Positions 61,164-64,000 of a DNA stretch of 64,000 bases are shown here, one piece after another. The notes under the pieces were generated by a model, which saw nothing but the letters and a program-made list of their open reading frames with translations, was not told the origin of the DNA and searched no databases. Source of the DNA: Bacteroidota bacterium (GTDB lineage: Bacteria > Bacteroidota > Bacteroidia > Sphingobacteriales > Sphingobacteriaceae); contig JAJYRG010000003.1 in assembly GCA_021794195.1 (NCBI GenBank), positions 10,242-74,241 of the forward strand, given 5' to 3'. The stretch's first letter is position 1; each line of letters begins with the position of its first letter. Made by a program: the position numbers and the translations under genes.

Positions 61164-61188
61164 TTTACACACTTGACGGGATACTACC
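61164..61188. mobile_element. Isolated IS256-like terminal inverted repeat
   Basis: TTTACACACTTGACGGGATACTACC resembles IS256-family ends (TGTGTAA core); recognised from memory; no partner end or transposase found. Confidence 0.35.
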
Positions 61189-61408
61189 GCCAGAAAAAAC
61201 GCGGGGTTTTACCCACTTTTCTAAACCTATCCCACTGCTTTCTAAACTTACTCAGCAGTTCTTTCCAGGTTACATTGTCACGAGTCACAAATAACCTGTC
61301 ACAAAAAAGTGCGGATTTTGCCCATATTCTACGGTCAAAAGTAGGAACAGAACGAGAGGTAAAACTTCATAGAAGCTTGCCGATAACCACACCGACAAGA
61401 AAAATTTC

Positions 61409-62485
61409 TCATGAGTCAAAAGCACTGTTTTTCATTACTGTGAGCGTATTGTCTGCAATCTGGCTTTCTTCTATCACTTCTCCTCTTATCTCAGGAGCTT
61501 TTATGCCCTCCCCCCACTTTTCCGGAGTAGAAAAAATACGTGCTTCATCCCACATTCCTGCATTAATAAAGCTTTGCAACATTTTAGCTCCCCCTTCTAC
61601 AATCAGGGATTGCACATCTAACAGATAAAGTTGATACAAAATATTTTGTGGCAGGTACAAATCAAAGTTTTCCAATTCTATAAACCGGACATTCTTTTTC
61701 AGATCAAACCTTTCGGCATTAAAAACAAGAGTCTCTGCGGCGCTATCAAATATTTTATATTCCAAGGGTACTTCCAGATGTTTATCCACTAATACCCGCA
61801 GTGGATTTTTGCCGCTCCACTCCCGCACTGTCAAAGAGGGATTATCGATCAGCGCCGTATTTTTACCGACCAGAATAGCGTCTTCCTCCGATCGCCATTT
61901 ATGAACCCATTGTTTCGTTGCAGGGTTACTAATCCATTTTTGCTGAAGATCTGAAGATCCAAAATACCCATCTGCTGTTTCTGCCCATTTTAAAATGACA
62001 TAAGGCCTTGATTTTGTCACTTGCGTCATAAAGCGCCGGACACTCCATTTGGCTTTTTCCCCTAATACACCTATCTCACAGGGGATCCCTGCTCTTTGCA
62101 ATCTCTCTACGCCTTTTCCAGACACTTTTTCGGAGGGATCCAAGCAGCCTATTATTACTTTTCCCGGTTTATATTCCACGAGCAAGTCCGCACATGGCGG
62201 AGTTTTTCCATGATGGGCGCAAGGTTCTAAGCTCACATATACTTCTGAAGCCGCCAATAATCGTTTTGCTTCTTGGGAACCATACGTTGACAAAACCGCT
62301 TGTACAGCATTTACTTCCGCATGGTTACCACCATATGGCGAAGTGTATCCTTCTCCTATTACCTTTCCGTCATACAGAATAAGACAACCTACAGAAGGAT
62401 TTGGACGGGCTTCTGCACGTCCTATTTCAGCCAAATCCAAACACCTTTGCATATATTTTTCTTCTTCCTTCATATACACAAACAT
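61409..62485 (-). CDS. ribD: Bifunctional riboflavin deaminase/reductase RibD
   Basis: PNPSVG, HAE, PCAHHGKTPPC, ILKWAETADG, VEGGA. Confidence 0.97.
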   Translation of the reverse strand: MFVYMKEEEKYMQRCLDLAEIGRAEARPNPSVGCLILYDGKVIGEGYTSPYGGNHAEVNAVQAVLSTYGSQEAKRLLAASEVYVSLEPCAHHGKTPPCADLLVEYKPGKVIIGCLDPSEKVSGKGVERLQRAGIPCEIGVLGEKAKWSVRRFMTQVTKSRPYVILKWAETADGYFGSSDLQQKWISNPATKQWVHKWRSEEDAILVGKNTALIDNPSLTVREWSGKNPLRVLVDKHLEVPLEYKIFDSAAETLVFNAERFDLKKNVRFIELENFDLYLPQNILYQLYLLDVQSLIVEGGAKMLQSFINAGMWDEARIFSTPEKWGEGIKAPEIRGEVIEESQIADNTLTVMKNSAFDS

Positions 62486-62516
62486 ATTAACAAATGACTA
62501 ACTATTAAACTGTTTT

Positions 62517-63401
62517 TTGTTATTTTGTTGCATGAGACAACTCGAGGAATTTCAAGCCTACTTCTTTCGCGGATTATCCGGTATATATAACGACAATGAA
62601 AAAAAAATATTATTCCGAATACTCTTAGAGGATATTTTTGATTTACCGGAAATTGAAATAAGCTCAAAAAAGCATGTTAAAATATCCGAAGAACAATTAG
62701 AAGTATTGAAACAAAGCCTTACTCAGTTAAAATCTGGTAAGCCCATCCAATTGATTACAGGTTTAACTTATTTCTATGGAGATAAATATTACACTTCTCC
62801 CCATGCCTTAATTCCAAGACCTGAAACAGAAGAGCTGGTCGATAAAGTGTTAAGGGATATAGACAACAAGCAGAGTTCAACGTTGAGAATCATTGATATT
62901 GGCACCGGGAGCGGATGTATTGCAATCAGTCTTAAAAAAAAATTGCCCAACTCTACTGTATATGCGCTGGATGTATCCAAAGAGGCTTTGTTAACCGCAA
63001 AAAAGAATGCCGGAAAACATGCTGTGGACATCCATTTTATTCAAGCTGACATCTTGAAGTGGGCCGGTATTTTTGAAAATCAGCATTTTGATATCATCGT
63101 AAGCAATCCTCCTTATATCCAGCAGAGAGAGAAGAAAGAAATGGAAAAGAATGTGCTGAATTATGAGCCGCATCTCGCTCTTTTTGTTCCGGATGAAGCT
63201 CCACTTTTATTTTATGATGCTATTGCAGATTTTGCCCAATCTCATTTATCCCACGAGGGAAAAATCTATTTTGAAATAAACCAACGTTTGGGTCAAGAAG
63301 TATTGAGTCTATTAAAAACCAAAAATTTCTCCTCCTTGGATCTTTTCCAAGATATGCACGGAGCGGATCGTATTGTGCTTGCCAAACGTGAAATCTTTTA
63401 A
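62517..63401 (+). CDS. prmC: Release factor glutamine methyltransferase
   Basis: LIPRPETEEL, DIGTGSGCI, NPPY; true start may be 62532. Confidence 0.96.
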   Translation: MLFCCMRQLEEFQAYFFRGLSGIYNDNEKKILFRILLEDIFDLPEIEISSKKHVKISEEQLEVLKQSLTQLKSGKPIQLITGLTYFYGDKYYTSPHALIPRPETEELVDKVLRDIDNKQSSTLRIIDIGTGSGCIAISLKKKLPNSTVYALDVSKEALLTAKKNAGKHAVDIHFIQADILKWAGIFENQHFDIIVSNPPYIQQREKKEMEKNVLNYEPHLALFVPDEAPLLFYDAIADFAQSHLSHEGKIYFEINQRLGQEVLSLLKTKNFSSLDLFQDMHGADRIVLAKREIF

Positions 63402-63446
63402 CACCTTTTTATCCCAACATTTGGCAAGCAAACACGGCTCGTTTAC

Positions 63447-64000
63447 TTAGTCCAATCTCCCTCTACGGGTAGGGCTGCGTTGTTCGGGCCAAGAGACCAC
63501 CTCTCCTTTTTCATCCTTTGGCATTACCCGCTTTTCGTGTGAGATTTCACCTTCATCTTCCGCAGCCATATAGGTTAATATCGCTGTAAGAATCACATTT
63601 CTACGCACTTCATCGAATACAATTTTATCGTAGGTGTCTCTGTTCGTATGCCAAGTATAACCAAAGTATCCCCAATTGAGGGAGGATAAAAATATTCCGG
63701 GCACTCCTGCTGCCGTAAAAGAAGCGTGGTCTGACCCGCCGCTTGAAGGCATACCGGGAAAAGTAGTTTTAATTTCTTTTTTTATGTCATCAGGCACCGG
63801 ATCAAGCCAGCGCTCCATATATTCGTATGCACGCAAAAAACCCTGACCATTGATATTTACTACCCGTCCTGTTCCGTTATCTTGATTAAAAGCTATTTTT
63901 AAGTTTTTAATAATATCCGGATTATCTTCTACAAAACCTCTGGAACCATTTAACCCTTGTTCTTCGCTCCCCCAGTGGCCAATAATAATCGTTCTTTTCG
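63447..64000 (-). CDS. M28-family peptidase, C-terminal part (5' truncated by window edge)
   Basis: Frame open to the edge: KRTIIIGHWGSEEQGLNGS, NQDNG, GGSDHASF, WHTNRDTYDK. Confidence 0.88.
   Translation of the reverse strand, partial: KRTIIIGHWGSEEQGLNGSRGFVEDNPDIIKNLKIAFNQDNGTGRVVNINGQGFLRAYEYMERWLDPVPDDIKKEIKTTFPGMPSSGGSDHASFTAAGVPGIFLSSLNWGYFGYTWHTNRDTYDKIVFDEVRRNVILTAILTYMAAEDEGEISHEKRVMPKDEKGEVVSWPEQRSPTRRGRLD

Noticed and set aside
61173-61628. 151-aa plus-strand ORF
   Set aside because: Half overlaps ribD antisense, begins inside the IS-like end, and has non-protein-like composition
1-64000. CRISPR array, rRNA, prophage, intact transposase, integrase or reverse transcriptase
   Set aside because: No regularly spaced repeats, rRNA-like sequence or matching protein motifs were seen

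Overview
64 kb of AT-rich (roughly 35% GC by hand sampling) core chromosome from a Bacteroidota genome, probably Sphingobacteriales (inferred from gene families and several TAnnTTTG -7 promoter boxes). Housekeeping genes: valS (3' end), ruvB, scpB, purN, htpG, rpoN, recR, ribD, prmC, tRNA-Ser(GCT) and tRNA-His(GTG). Accessory modules: an ATPase-less TolC/HlyD/ABC-2 permease operon; a translationally coupled PIG-L deacetylase / 41-aa membrane peptide / sodium:solute symporter operon; a FixL-like heme-PAS kinase with a receiver-Crp/Fnr fusion regulator; a NahK/AmgK-like sugar kinase plus nucleotidyltransferase; and a SusC/SusD locus with no glycosidase, sitting upstream of a Tat-exported phospholipase C and a metallophosphoesterase, whose four central genes are visibly GC-richer than the host. 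Two small ORFs absent from the supplied track are supported: 16986-17111 and a 42%-acidic 55-aa ORF at 24986-25153. A sigma54-type promoter candidate points at htpG from the shared htpG/rpoN intergenic region. Mobile DNA is only relic: an ISL3 remnant beside tRNA-His, MITE-like inverted-repeat elements and a lone IS256-like end. No CRISPR array, rRNA, prophage or intact transposase was seen. All family calls are motif recognition by eye, not database searches.
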